A stretch of 64,000 nt of DNA from Cystobasidiomycetes sp. EMM_F5 (lineage: Eukaryota), in the NCBI GenBank assembly GCA_051047955.1, contig JBPGPT010000013.1:186001-250000 (forward strand). Reading direction: 5' to 3'. The notes beneath the pieces are model-generated. The model had not been told where the DNA came from. It saw only the letters and a program-made list of their open reading frames with translations, and did no database searches. Below are positions 1 to 13,000 of this stretch, piece after piece. The stretch's first letter is position 1. Every line of letters begins with the position of its first letter. A program made the translations under genes and the position numbers.

Positions 1-1391
1 GGCTGCAATGCACTGAATGTAAAGGAGTTAGGTACAAGACAGTGTCAGAGGAAACGCTCACCCTTCCGATACCATTCATCGAAAAGCCTTCGTCTGGCTC
101 AGCCGAGGATGACATGCATGTAGACTCCAAGGGCAAAGCGCCGATTGAAGGCGAGAATGCTGCGCCAGCAGTGACTTCTACGACAGCAAGTATCTCGGCG
201 GGAAAGAAGACAGAATGGCAATCGGTAGAGCTGCAAGAGTGTTTGAACCTCCTCACAGCGGCAGGTACTATCGAGTACAAATGCCCCAAGTGCGATAAGA
301 ATGTTTATGCCAATAAATCGACAAAGTTTGCGTCGTTCCCGGATACACTTGTTCTTCATGCACAGCGGTTCAGATTGCACAATTGGGTGCCCGAGAAGAT
401 CGGTAAGTGACGCGGCGATGTCAACTGCAGATATTCTGTCCACTGACGTGAAGCCAATGCGTTTTCAATCTCGTTTCAGATGTGCCTGTCATTCTCCCAG
501 TCGATGTTCTGACGCTGGACAGCTACCTCGGAAGTGGCAAGAGGGAAGGAGAAGAGGAGTTACCGCAAGAGGCAGAGTGTTGGTGCTACTTGACTATCAA
601 CTATAGTCTCAGGCTTACATGATCCCTCGATACATATAGCTGCCCCGGAAGTTCAGTACAATGCAGCAGCCATGGCTACGCTCCAAGGAATGGGCTTCCC
701 GGCTATTCGCTGTCAAAAGGCTCTATTGGCCACAGGAAACGCTGATGCTGAAGCTGCCATGAACTGGCTATTTCAACATATGGAAGATTCAGGTATGGCG
801 TTGCGCGTACCTTCTGATTTACATCAAGCAAGCTTATCACTTGCCTGTGACAGACATCGATGATCCGATACCTCCAAATACCGAATCTAAATCAGCTGCT
901 TCCGATGAACCTTCCGCGGATCAGATTTCGATGGTTACGGACATGGGCTTCACTGCTGCTCAAGCTCGAAAGGCTTTGCGCGAGACTGTACGTTAGAGAG
1001 GTCACCCTCTTACACATCATGCTGAGTGTCTTATCAGGGTGGAGCCGTTGATCGTGCAGTAGACTGGCTCTTTTCCCATCCGGACGATATGGGTGACGAC
1101 GGTAGTGCGGTGACTGGAGGAGAAGCTGGCTCGAACAGCCAAGTCGCCTCGATCAAGGGTTCTCGCAATGTACCCGCAGCATACACTCTCAAGGCATTCA
1201 TTACGCACAAAGGCCCATCTGTGCACTCGGGCCACTATGTCGCTCACGTCAACGTGTCTGGCCTCGGCTGGGTGCTCTTCAACGATGAAAAGGTAGTCAG
1301 TGCCAACGGAGGCGCTCAGGCCGCTTCTGCTCTCGCACCGTTCTCATACATGTACTTTTACGAGCGCGTCAAGCCAGACGTCGTTGCGTAG
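1..1391 (+). CDS. UBP14: Ubiquitin C-terminal hydrolase, USP5/USP13 (isopeptidase T) type; 5' end outside window; spliced
   Basis: Spliced ORFs give YKCPKC..FASFPDTLVLHAQRF..NWVPEK, two UBA-like segments (LQGMGFPAIRCQKAL; DMGFTAAQARKALRET..AVDWLFSHPD) and His box THKGPSVHSGHYVAH..WVLFNDEKV. Confidence 0.93.
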
Positions 1392-1586
1392 ATCATCCCA
1401 ATCTCCCAAATTAGCACAAAGCTGCTGTAGCGCAGGCTGAGGGCAGGCATGAAGTCAAAGAAGTAGCGTTACATTGTTTGTTGTTTTAGCAGCAGTCGTC
1501 GCGTCCTATATTGCGCAACGTCATCGAAACCCTGCAGCTCTTTCATTCAAGAGGCGCATATTACCCCCGAGCTGCATCATCGTCTA

Positions 1587-2835
1587 CTAAGCCATACCGC
1601 AGATGCTGAGGGTAGACATCTCTGCCAGTGCTGCCTCGACTTGCGCGTCAAGCTGTCCGTTTGCGTAATCCTCGCGCACATTCTCTGCAAAGTATCGTTG
1701 TACACCACCTAGCTTCTCGTAGCCTTCTTCAGCAAACTTGAGCTGCATTCTGCACATGCTCTCAAATGACTGCAAGTAGAACAGATGTCAACTTTACGAA
1801 GCGTGGCTGACGACGATGAGGTAAACCTACCGGATCCAGGTAGGGCACTCGTAAGTCCAGGACTTGTGGTAATTCGGTCTTCAATTGGTTATCAAGGGCT
1901 TCGAAAACTGCATAAAGATCGCATTTGAGCTCTTGAAGTAAACTACCGTCTGTATGCAAAACGTACTCTCTTTCGCTTCGTCCGCTTGCCGTTCAGCCAA
2001 GGGCAACTTGCTGGGGTCATCGCTTGGCCTCTCGACCAATTTACGGGCCTTTGTTCTGGCAGCATCGTAATCTAGCAGCTTCTTGTTGCGTTTGGAGATT
2101 GTATTGTTTATTTCGCCCCAGTATGAGCACATTTTCCCGATAGGTTCGAGCACAGTGGCGCGGTATGGCGCATCGAGCTCTCGCGCCGTCTTTCCTTCAA
2201 GCTCTTCGACTGCTCGTCGATATGAGTGTGCAGACATTGCTGCGTCGGAATTGTCGGCGTAAAAGGCGTCTATCGTTACGGACAGCCGGCTTTGGGCGGC
2301 CGTCATGGCTGGGAGCAGGTCTGTTTCAGTGACGGTATATAATTCAGAATACAAAGACCGCACCTCTAATTGAGTCTAGGTACACCTTTGCCTCCTTTTG
2401 CAGTACATTTGTTGTCTTTTCGAGTTGTCTACCGTGCGGGGACCATAAGCGAAGTCAACAGGCTTTCAAGCGTTGGCGGCATTATCTCTCACCTATAAGG
2501 CTGTTCTGTTCCTGCAAACTCAGGATCACTCGTCCGCTGTATACGCCGTTTCAGTCATCCTCACTCCAAGGCGATGCTGTATCATCGAGCGCAACATACC
2601 TCCTGCAGCGGCGCGACAAACGAGCATCAGCGACGACTTTCCAGACCATACTTCAGCCATCTTTGACACTCACGACCTGCCCGACCTTCTGCTGCAGCGA
2701 TATTCCCGCCCGGTTGACGGCCTACAGATGATGTCCGAGCCATTTATCGACAAGTCGAAGCATGTCAGCGTGAATGTCTGCAAACGCGAATGAGAATCTT
2801 CGCAGTTTTACCTTCTTGAGGCCCGCGAAGCTCAT
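1587..2835 (-). CDS. RVS161: N-BAR amphiphysin-like protein (Rvs161/Hob3)
   Basis: Spliced N-terminus MSFAGLKK|AVNRAGISLQQKVGQV|E|RTSDPEF; KRNKKLLDYDAARTK; LRVPYLDPSFE; ends LSICGMA with no SH3 domain. Confidence 0.9.
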
Positions 2836-3176
2836 GTCTCCCAGAGTTGGCTGGCTGGAAGGAGACCTGGATAGCCGTCAGGAGTATGGGTTGGCTCCAG
2901 ACGACGAAGATGGCCTGTAGAAGAATTTCTCGACAGAACTGGAAGTGGGCTTACAAACGGAGAAGATGCGAGACTACTAACAGGCCGATTTGATCCGATG
3001 TTAAGACTAACCCTGATTGATTTCAACTGATATCGATGAACGCATTCGGTCAGACAGTCCGACCCGTCAATACGGTAGAGCATGCTGTCTGAAGCGCTTC
3101 TCTCCTCCACACCGACATTAGCCGAGCGAGATCCACGTCGCTCAGGGCTTGAACAGCTCTCGCCTTCCCCCTGACC

Positions 3177-5204
3177 ATGGCTGCTCCAGGGTATCTCAAC
3201 AATGGCACAACAGCCAACACACCCCTCCCACTTGCAGACTACCACATAGACACGCCTGCCGAGCAGTATGATCTGGTATCGCGCTTCCCCTGCCCCTCTC
3301 CAGTACACAGCACACGTTGAGGCTGACTGTCGCTGTGACTGCCAATGGCTCCTTTGCAGAACTTTGTCTTTCCTGTAAAAGTCTTGGAAAATGACCTGAT
3401 TCGTTTAGAGCCGCTTATTGTGCGTAAACACCTTTGCGCAGCTGCGATTGCTTGTGCTGACTATTTACTCTCTACATAGCCATCTATCTATGCTCGAGCT
3501 CTATTCGAGGCCTTGAGCACGGAGGAGGCAGCTGCCCTGTACACGTACCGCAAAGCTGCCCAGCCGACTTCGTTTCGCGCCTTCTTGACACATTTGGAAG
3601 AACGCCGTAGACTACAATCAGGTTGTTACTTTGTGATTCTGGACAAGACCAACAATAATGTGCTGGCAGGCTACACGGGCTATACCGGAGCATCGCAAGA
3701 GGTTCTGAAGGGTCTGATAGGACCTGTCATAATTTTACCCAAGTTTCAGGTGCGCTGTTAAAATCCAGATTCGTGGTACAACTCTTCTGATGGCACATCG
3801 AACAGCGCACCCATGTCCAGACAAACTCGACAGCTCTACTCATATCGTATGCTATGTCACCGAGTCCGATAGGGCTGGATTTCCGACACATAGGATGGGG
3901 AGCCTGGCATACCAATCTTGCGTCCCAGAAAGCAGCCCTACGCCTCGGCTTCAAGTACTGTGGGACTGATCGTAACTTCTGGGTCACCGACGGAAAGCCT
4001 GCTGATCCCGTCAGACCTCGTATCGCCGACAAGTGGTTATCGCAGATAACGATTGAGGACTGGCGCAACGGCGCTGAGCAAAATCTGCTTGCACTCGTGG
4101 AAAAGTCTCGGAATATGATCAACACCGGCGCTTCCCCGGCTCTTGGAGCAGTATCTACGACTTTGGAGATTACGACTGGTCTTGCTTACTCTAATTCACT
4201 CTTGGAGAAATCTATGACGGGATGCAATCCAATCCAAGACACGCAGTTACACTTAAAGACAGCTCCATCGGAATATGACCTCGTGTGTGGCAAATACTCC
4301 AATATGTGGAAGCTTAGTGCTGAAGAGATTCGTTGCTCCCGTAGAATTTTTGTTGGAATGTTCCACTGTTGGAAAGTGACATGATCCGGCTTGAGCCTTT
4401 CATAGTAAGTGCAGGAGGGGCTCATGCTGGTAGGCTGCCGGGTGGTGATGAAGTTTAACAGCCTTCCGTTCACGGATGGGACTTGACAAAGGCGTTCAAT
4501 GATCCGGTAAATGAGCACCTGCTCGACCATCTGAGTTCTTGGAAACCGCAGGGCTCGATCGAAAAAGAAGCTCAGCGTTGGGAAGTCAAGCGACGCAATA
4601 ACGGTGAGGTGATGTATGCCATTCTTGACAAAAGTCGTGAGGAAGACAGTCCGCAACTGGCGGGTCTGCTGGGTGTTCGTGACACCCGTGCGAAAGACAA
4701 ATGGACAGAGGTCGGGCCAGCTGTTGTTTTCTCGCCATTTCAGGTCAGTGTCAGCTTAAACTGCCACACAGTCACAGGCGGGACTAAAGGGTAACATACG
4801 GCGGCAGAGAACGCACGTTCTCACACAAGCGCTAGGCCTTCTTTTACAGCATGCATTTGAAGCTGAACCCAATGGGTGGAGTGTTGTGTAAGTCAACGTC
4901 CAACGTAAGAGGCTCTGTTCGAAACATGAAATGCATCGTCTGACACATCTACCGCATCTGTAGAGCAATGAGGTGGTACTGCAGTTCACTCAACATCGCT
5001 TCCGAACGAGCAGCTTTGCGATTTGGTTTTAAGCGAGATTCGTTCGTCAAGCACGCCAAAGCGCTTCAGCCGGGTGATCTCGGCGATCTTGTCGAGGGTT
5101 CGGATAGGCCGTCTCGTCACGGCGTCGTGCTGTCCATAACAGCTGAGGACTGGGCTGGCGGAGTCGAGCAGCACGTTCAGGCGCTAATGGCCAGAAAGTA
5201 CTAG
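3177..5204 (+). CDS. Double-domain GNAT acetyltransferase (RimJ/RimL type), paralog 1
   Basis: Two repeats of YDL|NF..PV..LEND.IRLEP.I|PS..; ILDK..LAG..G; GPV...FQ|RTHV.T; W....N.AS..AALR.GFK; ITxEDW. Confidence 0.85.
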
Positions 5205-5590
5205 AAGTCGGCGGGGTAATGTTAGAGGCGGTGTTGTAATGGCTGGAAGAAGCTGGAGGTCAAGGGCAAGACTGCTTCACTCTAGAAGTCCATTGCGTTA
5301 CAAATGCGGGGAAGTCTTGACGCAACCTTTACCTTGCCTCTTGTCCACGACACGCATATAAGCGATTCTTGTATCGTGCGTCGAGGGGCTGTGCTACAAA
5401 TGCAGATACGAGGCTACTCCTGCATCAATAAGGGTCGGAACGGTCGTCATTGTTTGGAAAGCTGTTTAGCAAACTGGACTGTTTTACTGCCAAGAGCGAC
5501 CGTGATGGCCTCGCTAAGCATTTGCAATTGCAATGCTGCTACTGCTCTCAACTCACAGCAATCCCAACGACGACCTGACTAAAGCATCGT

Positions 5591-7593
5591 ATGCGCGTGC
5601 AAGACTATCGAAACGATATCGCTGGCACTTACGAGCAGACTGAAGCTGATCTGCCAGTAGCCGAGTGTCACAGCGAGACAGCAACCGAAGACTACGATGT
5701 GGTATGTGCTATGTTGCTGTTTATCAATTCCCACAGTCTCCTCTCACCGTCTTATTCGCAGAACTTCGTCTATCCCGTCTCGATCCTCGAAAATACAGTC
5801 ATACGTCTAGAGCCATTGATTGTAATTACACGGAACCAGACTGTAAGCCTGTCAGATGCTGATATTGTCGATATTACGCAGCCGTCGTTACATGCGCGAC
5901 CTCTGTATGAGCAGCTATCATCTCTCGATGCGGCATCTAGCTACAAGCACTGTGACGACACGCCGCCCAAGGACTTCGAAAGCTTCCTTTCATACCTGGA
6001 AAACCACCGTCGTGACAGAGGACATCTGAATTTTGTCATATTCGACAAGACGGAAGCCACCCCACGTATGGCTGGCTTGACGAGCTATACTGATGGACGA
6101 GGTCGGGGCCTGCGTGTGGTACTTGGACATACACTGCTACCTGCTTGCAGTCACGTAAGAATTTTTTCATTCATTTGTATGAGTAGTTCAGCTGACAGGA
6201 CGAGCCAGGAGGAACGGATGCGCACGATCGTAACTGCACTACTGTTACAGTATGCATTGACGTCAGCTCCCGCCGGACTCGGACTGCGGCACGTTGGCTG
6301 GGAAGCCTGGAGCATTGATAGTACCTCCATCGATACTGCCACGCGCCTTGGCTTCAAGTCTGCTGGAGTATATCGCAACTTCTATCTGCCTTGTGCGCTA
6401 CCGAGTGGTCAGACTGTAGATGTCTCACAGTGGTACGGGCAGATGACATTTGAGGATTGGCGAGATGGTGCGAGCGATCACGTTAAGAGACTTGCAGGAC
6501 AGATGACCCTGGGCAGAACTTCGGGTGTTTCGGACAAGGCGACTGGGTGTGCGGCAAGATACCACAACCGCGCCATTGAGGGGCACTCCGAAGATGGTGC
6601 CTCTTCGAGCGCCAGCAAATCGACTTTTTCCGAAGGTAAAGAGCTTCACCTCTTCACCGTTCCGGAAGCGTATGATTTGGTATTCTTCCTTACCTACCTC
6701 CTTCGTCTATACGGCTTCTAATGTATCAGTTGGCAGAACTTTTGTTGGTCTGTTCCTGTTCTGGAAGATGACTTTGTCAGAGTCGAGCCGTTTATTGTGA
6801 GTTAGGCGGAACTTAAGGGCGCTCTGATCACACAGCTCACTGCATGGGCAGCCATCACTGCACGGTAGAGCGCTCTGGGATGCACTTCAACTTCCTTCGA
6901 ATGATGGTCTGCTGAAGTTCATGACATTGTTCCGACCCGGGACTTTTGAGGAGTGGCTTGAAAAGTTCGAGAGAAAGCGTAAAAGCGATAAGCATTTGCT
7001 ACTGGTGATCCTGGACAAAAGAAGCGACCTGCCCAGTCCTCGCATAGCGGGCTTGACCGGCATCGGTCCTGCCATGCACAGGGAAAGATGGGCAGGGATT
7101 GGCCCTGTTATCATTTTAAGCGAATTTCAGGTAGAGAGATCGCGTCCTTGCGAGTACTAGTTTGATAAGGCGATCTCTAACGAGCGGCAGCAGAGAACTC
7201 ATGTATGCACCCATTCGATTGGTCTGCTCCTTTGGCACTGCTTCTCAACAGTTCCCCACGGTTGGGGTCTTCGGTGAGTCGTGCCGACCGGACGAGATGA
7301 GAGCTCAGCTCATCTGACGCACGTATCCACCTTCTGGCAGTACTGTACGGTGGAGCTGCAGCACTCTCAACAGCAAGTCTGAGAATGCTGCGGTTCGGTT
7401 TGGCTTCAAGCGTGACTTGTATTTCAAGTTTGCGGAGGTCTTGTCCGCTGGAGCCGTCGAGCTTGGTATCGGAGTAGCTGTTGAAGGCTCAGACAATCCT
7501 GCCCGACACGACTACGAGCTATCGATAACATCTGAGGATTGGTTCTCGGGAGGTGCGGAGAAGGTTGCGATTTTGTTGGCCAAGCGGTATTAG
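5591..7593 (+). CDS. Double-domain GNAT acetyltransferase (RimJ/RimL type), paralog 2
   Basis: Same two-domain layout and intron positions as 3177-5204; second domain has FQ|RTHVCTHSIGLLL..WSCSTLNSKSENAAVRFGFK; ends AKRY*. Confidence 0.85.
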
Positions 7594-7769
7594 ACTGAGG
7601 GAACGGATAGAGAGTGTCGAGCGTTGTGACTGTCAGTGATTGCAAGACTGAAGAAGCCGAGCAGCGTATATGGCCATTCATGCAACTGATCGGGCCCTTG
7701 ACGTGGTTCAGTTCCCGCATCTGTTGACTTTGTTTACCGCAGAAGGCTTTGCATTTCTGACACGCCAGC

Positions 7770-9786
7770 ATGTCGTAGGTGATATTCAAGAACAAAGTGC
7801 TGCCCGCCGAGCTGACGGGACTCTGGAAACGAATGCCCCGCCAATTGCCAACCCGACATCCATCACTGATGATATCGCAACTCCCTGGCTGCAATGACGC
7901 TCCCGAACCAACGCCAGACGCTTCGTGCGAGCATCCGCGTATCGCCATGTATGGATCCAGCATCGCAGCCAGGTGTTGACGCCCAGCTGATCATTCCCGG
8001 ATATCGACAGGTATTCGGGCAGCCCCACAAGGAAAAGTACGAAAACATAAAGGTGTCTGCCTCAGCTTGGGATACAAACCTGGTATCAGCATCCGCTTCC
8101 TTCGTCGCCTGCAACTGGCAGGCTTCGGGCGGAGGCGCATACGCCGTCATACCCCTAGCACATACCGGCAAGCTTCCCGACATCTTTCCGCTCGTCCGCT
8201 GCCACACTGCGCCTGTTCTGGACACTGCATGGTCGCCCTTCGACGACAGTCTAATCGCGTCCGCAGGCGAGGATGGCAGAGTGGCTCTGGCCCGGATCGA
8301 CGAGACCGTCCTGGAAGCCGCCTTCTCTGGTGATGCTGAAGTAGCAGACATTGAACCCTTGTCTGGAAACAAGATGGGACATGGCAGAAAAGCCGGTAAT
8401 CTGCTCTGGCACCCGACCGCAGAAGGTGTCCTGGCAAGCGCATCCTACGAGGTTAAGCTGTGGGACGTAAACACGCAAGAATGCAAGGTGGAGATGCAGA
8501 GTCAACCAGACATGGTCGGAAGTATGTCTTTCAGCTACATCGGTGACACTTTGGCTACGACCTGCCGAGACAAGAAGCTGCGTCTGTACGACACACGCTC
8601 CGGAGGCGCTCCTCATACTGTCGCCGAGAGTCACGGTGGTGTCAAAGGTACGATCGGCCTTCTCTACTCGCGCTTTAAAGTAGTCGTGCTGACCTGTATC
8701 CCCATATTCTACAGGATCTCGTGTCTGCTGGATGGGCGATCTCGACCGCATCTGCACAACCGGCTTCTCTCGCATGTCTGATCGACAAGTGTTCCTCTGG
8801 GATACTCGCAAACTGACCGCGCCCATCAAGCAGACGACCATCGACACCTCTGCCGGCACTCTGATGCCATTCTTCTCGGCGGGCCAGAACATCGTCTTCA
8901 TCGCCGGAAAGGGAGACGGTAATGTTCGTTACTACGAATATAAGGACGACGAGCTACATCCACTGTCTGAATACAAGAGCTCGGATCCTCAACGCGGTAT
9001 GTGCTTCCTGCCGCCACGATCTGTAAACGTGGGAGAGTGCGAAATTGCCAGGGCATACAAGGTAAGCAGTTACAATCGTGTCCACGGAACTCATGTCGCT
9101 TACGAGTCACCTTGTGTCAGGTCTACGGACATACTATTGAACCGATCTCGTTTATCGTACCCAGAAAATCCGATTCTTTCCAGAGTGACCTGTACCCACC
9201 TGCACCATCTGGCAAAGCCGCACAGTCGGCTGGTGAATTCTTTTCTGGCAAGAATGTCAATCCTTTGTTGATGGTGAGATTGAAGTCGGATGCAGCCTCG
9301 CTCCAAACTGACTTTACAGTTACTCAGAATATGGATGATCAGTCGCAAGCGGCTTTAACTCCCCTGCGAAAGTCCACAGCTCAAAGCACGCCTCTGCCAG
9401 CAAGTGCCGCTGCATCACCAGCTCAAACGCCAGCACAGAGCCGTCAGGCAACAAACACATCGTCTGCAGAGACGCCTAAACCTGCTTCTACGCCCATACA
9501 TCCAGCTGCGTCCGTGGCAGATGCTGGTGGTGTCGTACCGTCTCCGCGATCGACTACCTCTCCAGCACCAATGTCGAGACCTACGTCGCCCCCTCCGGCC
9601 ACCGAAACGCCGACAAAGACTGGAAGTTCCTCAACGGGTGCTTCAGACAATGATGCATTAAAGCAGGAAAATGCACGACTGAAGAATGAGCTGAGCGAAC
9701 GCGATCACCTTATACGTAAACTCGAATTGCAAGTAGAGCAGCTGACAGCCAACGCTAGAAAGGCTCGAGAAGCACTAGGACTGTAG
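7770..9786 (+). CDS. CRN1: Coronin (WD40 actin-binding protein with C-terminal coiled coil)
   Basis: Splicing ATGTC (7770-7774) to 7918 gives MSRFVRASAYRH|VFGQ; SAWDTNL, HTAPVLD, AGKGDGNVRYYE, PISFIVPRKSDSFQSDLYPP; coiled-coil tail. Confidence 0.95.
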
Positions 9787-10006
9787 GAGTGCACGACAGC
9801 TTACATTTCCGCTAGAATATGGTCATTGTGTTTGACGCCTCTGCGTAGGTTGACGTTTGGTCTCGGCAAGCTAGACTCAAAGCCCGGCGTATTATGCAGC
9901 AACAACAGCATTTCGAAATATGAACAGGCAGTAGGGGTACACTTATGTTTGACGTTTTCCGGGAAAAGCGATGAAGTGCAAGTTACAAGGCTCCTTTCAA
10001 AATACC

Positions 10007-13000
10007 TCAATCCTCTCCCGAAGCGTCCTCGCTGTCTGAAGCAGCAGCGAAGAGGGTAGACTTGCCTTTTGCTTGCGTTGCGCTGGACTGAGAAGCCTTC
10101 TTCGACAAGAGACGACCGTGCTTCCCGCTTTTCCTCTGACTCTTCTGTGCTCGTTTGATGACCCGCGAACTACCCTCCGGTGCTTCGCGCTTGCGCTTGA
10201 TGCCCATGCCTGTCAACTTGGCCTCAATTTCGGCATGAAAGTCATCGTCGCTGTCGGATAGATTACCGGATCGCGATGACAGTGCAGATTGCGACCGCGA
10301 CCGGGATCGCGAAGTCGACGATCCTTTCGACAGTGATCTTGCGCTGCTGTTCCGACGAGAGATTGGTCGGATCGCGGTCTTGCGTGTCTGTGGTGGCGTT
10401 GGAGCATCGCTTGCCTCGCTTTCACTTAGCGACATCCTCATTTCATCACCGTCTTCGTCTTCATCCTTCTTGGTCTGCTGCTGCTGACTTTGTCGCCAAG
10501 CGTTGACGACAGCCTGCAATCGCTTACTCTGATAACCCTTGTTTGCCATTGGCGCATATCTGCCTGTGCCTCCCGAGACATCGAAAAAGCTGTGAATTGT
10601 AGACTGATTGACGGCAGAGCCAGCTGCACGACCCGTCATACGTTTAATGATGGGTAACAGAAGCTCTTCAACCTTCGTTGATCCCCAGCCAAGACTATCT
10701 TTCAGAAAGTCGCGCATCGCATCAAGGTCTGGGATGCCCCAGGCAAATTGCTCATCAGAACTGTCGACAGACGGAAAGAGGTATGCTTTCGTGACTTCCA
10801 TGTTGGGCCATCGTTCATCGAGGAATATATCGCGCTTGGATTTTTTGAACTTCCTCTTGAAGGCTGTAGGGTGGTCAGCGGGAGTGTCACGCCCACGTTG
10901 CACTTTGAGCCACCAATCCCGGAATTCGACCAGACCGTTAGTGCCGGGAAACTCTGCCATTAATTCCATGCCGAGTACGGGTCCAACTCCTGGTAGGCCA
11001 TCACAGTAGTCTGACCCAAGAAAGTGCGCGAGTCGTATCAAGCGTTGCCGATCGAGCGCGAGTTCGCGATCGATGTCCGATGCAAGATAGCACTCAACGT
11101 ATTTGTTCTGATTGAACATGTTCTTGTAGACGCGCGTCGCTCCAAACAGAAAGACATCGTTATCATCGGTAATTACTCCGTCAACCAGATTACGTGATAG
11201 GAGTTCAGCACATTGCGCTTCTGCCTCCATAGGAGCGATAACATAGGGCAGTCCCAGAACACGCAACATGGTCTATCGACATCGGTCAGCACGAGAAATT
11301 CGGATAAAGCCCATCCAATGCTTACCTGAATGTCCTTCGCCATTTGTTGTGTGATATCATCTGCCATTTTCTTATCCTTTTTGTTCTGCTCATTGAGAAC
11401 TCGGAGCTCATTCTGCACTTCAAATTCCATCTCGTCCAGGTTACGGTTCGTCAATTCTGACAGAAATTTCGCATACTCTCGTTGCTCGCTCGTCATGTTG
11501 GTGACATGCTCGCGGTCCTCCTCTTCGAGATCTGACAACTCATGTCCCTCTTCGGCAAAGTCGATGTCAGGAGGGATGTAATTTGGATCGTCAGGCGGTA
11601 AAAGTGTTGCATCTATGGGCTTAGAAGTGCGGCGTGACTCTGGCTCCGGACTCGCAGACCATTCGTAGAATATTTCGGGTGACGCCGTACGTGCAGGCTC
11701 TTTATTCCCCTTCCCATTCCCATTTAATGCAGGAGGGTGCCCTTGCACATCCCCTTCTCGGACTTCTGCTTGAAGGTCCCCTTTATCCAAATCCTGCATG
11801 TCGTCATCGCCATTGGGCGATTCTGTTGTCCGATTCTCGTCCAGTACAGACATTGTAGCATTGGTGACGGCCAGATCATCAGCACGAGATCCAGTATACA
11901 CAAGCAGATCATTTTCGTCTGGCATGACGAAGTTCGTTGGCGATAAATTACTGTCGCTGTGATTAGAAAGGGTACGCGTGAGGAGCGATGGCCTCGCAAC
12001 AGCCGTCTGCTGGACGACTTGCTGGCTTGAAGAGGGGCTGGCTCGTTTCGTCTCTGCAGGGCGCTCGTCGACAGGCGGTGTAGGCGACTTCTGTTGCGGA
12101 GCATAGTCTCGTTCAATTACGCCATCATGTTCTCTTATCACCTGCGGTGATGTGTCGCGCTCGGCTTGCTTGGCCGTCAGATCCGGTCGCGGGGTTCGAG
12201 GTTTCGCTTGTTCCATAGGCTCCGACTGCTCTGCTACCGATCCTACAGCATCAACGTCGATACGAAGAGATGGAGGTTTTTTGGCCTGCAATCTATTGGT
12301 TTCGGCATCGGTCCGCGTTGATGAAACGGCGTTCCGCTTGCCATTTGTGGTAACAGCTGGTTGTGGAATAGTTGATACAGGTGCATTGCTCCCATTACTC
12401 TGACCTTCAGCTTTTTTGCGTGCCGGCACCACGACTTCGATGAGATCAGGCCGACGCCGCTTAGGGCTAGCAGAAATTATTGGCACATCATTTTGCCCCT
12501 CGGATGAAGGTGTACCGTTGGCGGCATTTGAGTCAGGCATTGACGGCTGCGGAAGAACCTCGTCAAAGGACACATCAGACTCATCATCACTATCCTTCGT
12601 TGCGTTTCCTTGATCTTCGTAATCCTTTATACTAGCCTCGACGGCCCTACGAAGATCTTCTCGCTCATCTGCATCCTGAACAGCCGACTCGATCTGAGCA
12701 AGTAGCTCGACAGGCAGAGGAAGTTGATCACCACCGGTATCGGATGCACTATCCTCTTCCGCAGCTCGGTTGAATAGTAATTTTGCAGGAGACGATTTGA
12801 CCGGCGCCTCCGTTTCGCTTTCATCCTCATCATCACGACGACGTTTCTTGACGGGAGAATAGCGCTGTTTGATAGCTTCAAGTGCCATACTCCTCCTCAT
12901 CTCAGCTTCTGGCGAGTCTTTACGCTGAACGCCATTACCAGGAATGGCTACCTGCTCAAATTCCTCATCTGTTGTAGTCTTGTCCGCATCGCTCTCTTCA

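Noticed and set aside
5190..7593. C-termini ARKY and AKRY of the GNAT proteins as PTS1, and TGA-CTA readthrough signals at stop codons
   Set aside because: They do not fit the PTS1 consensus, and no TGA CTA context was seen at the stops inspected
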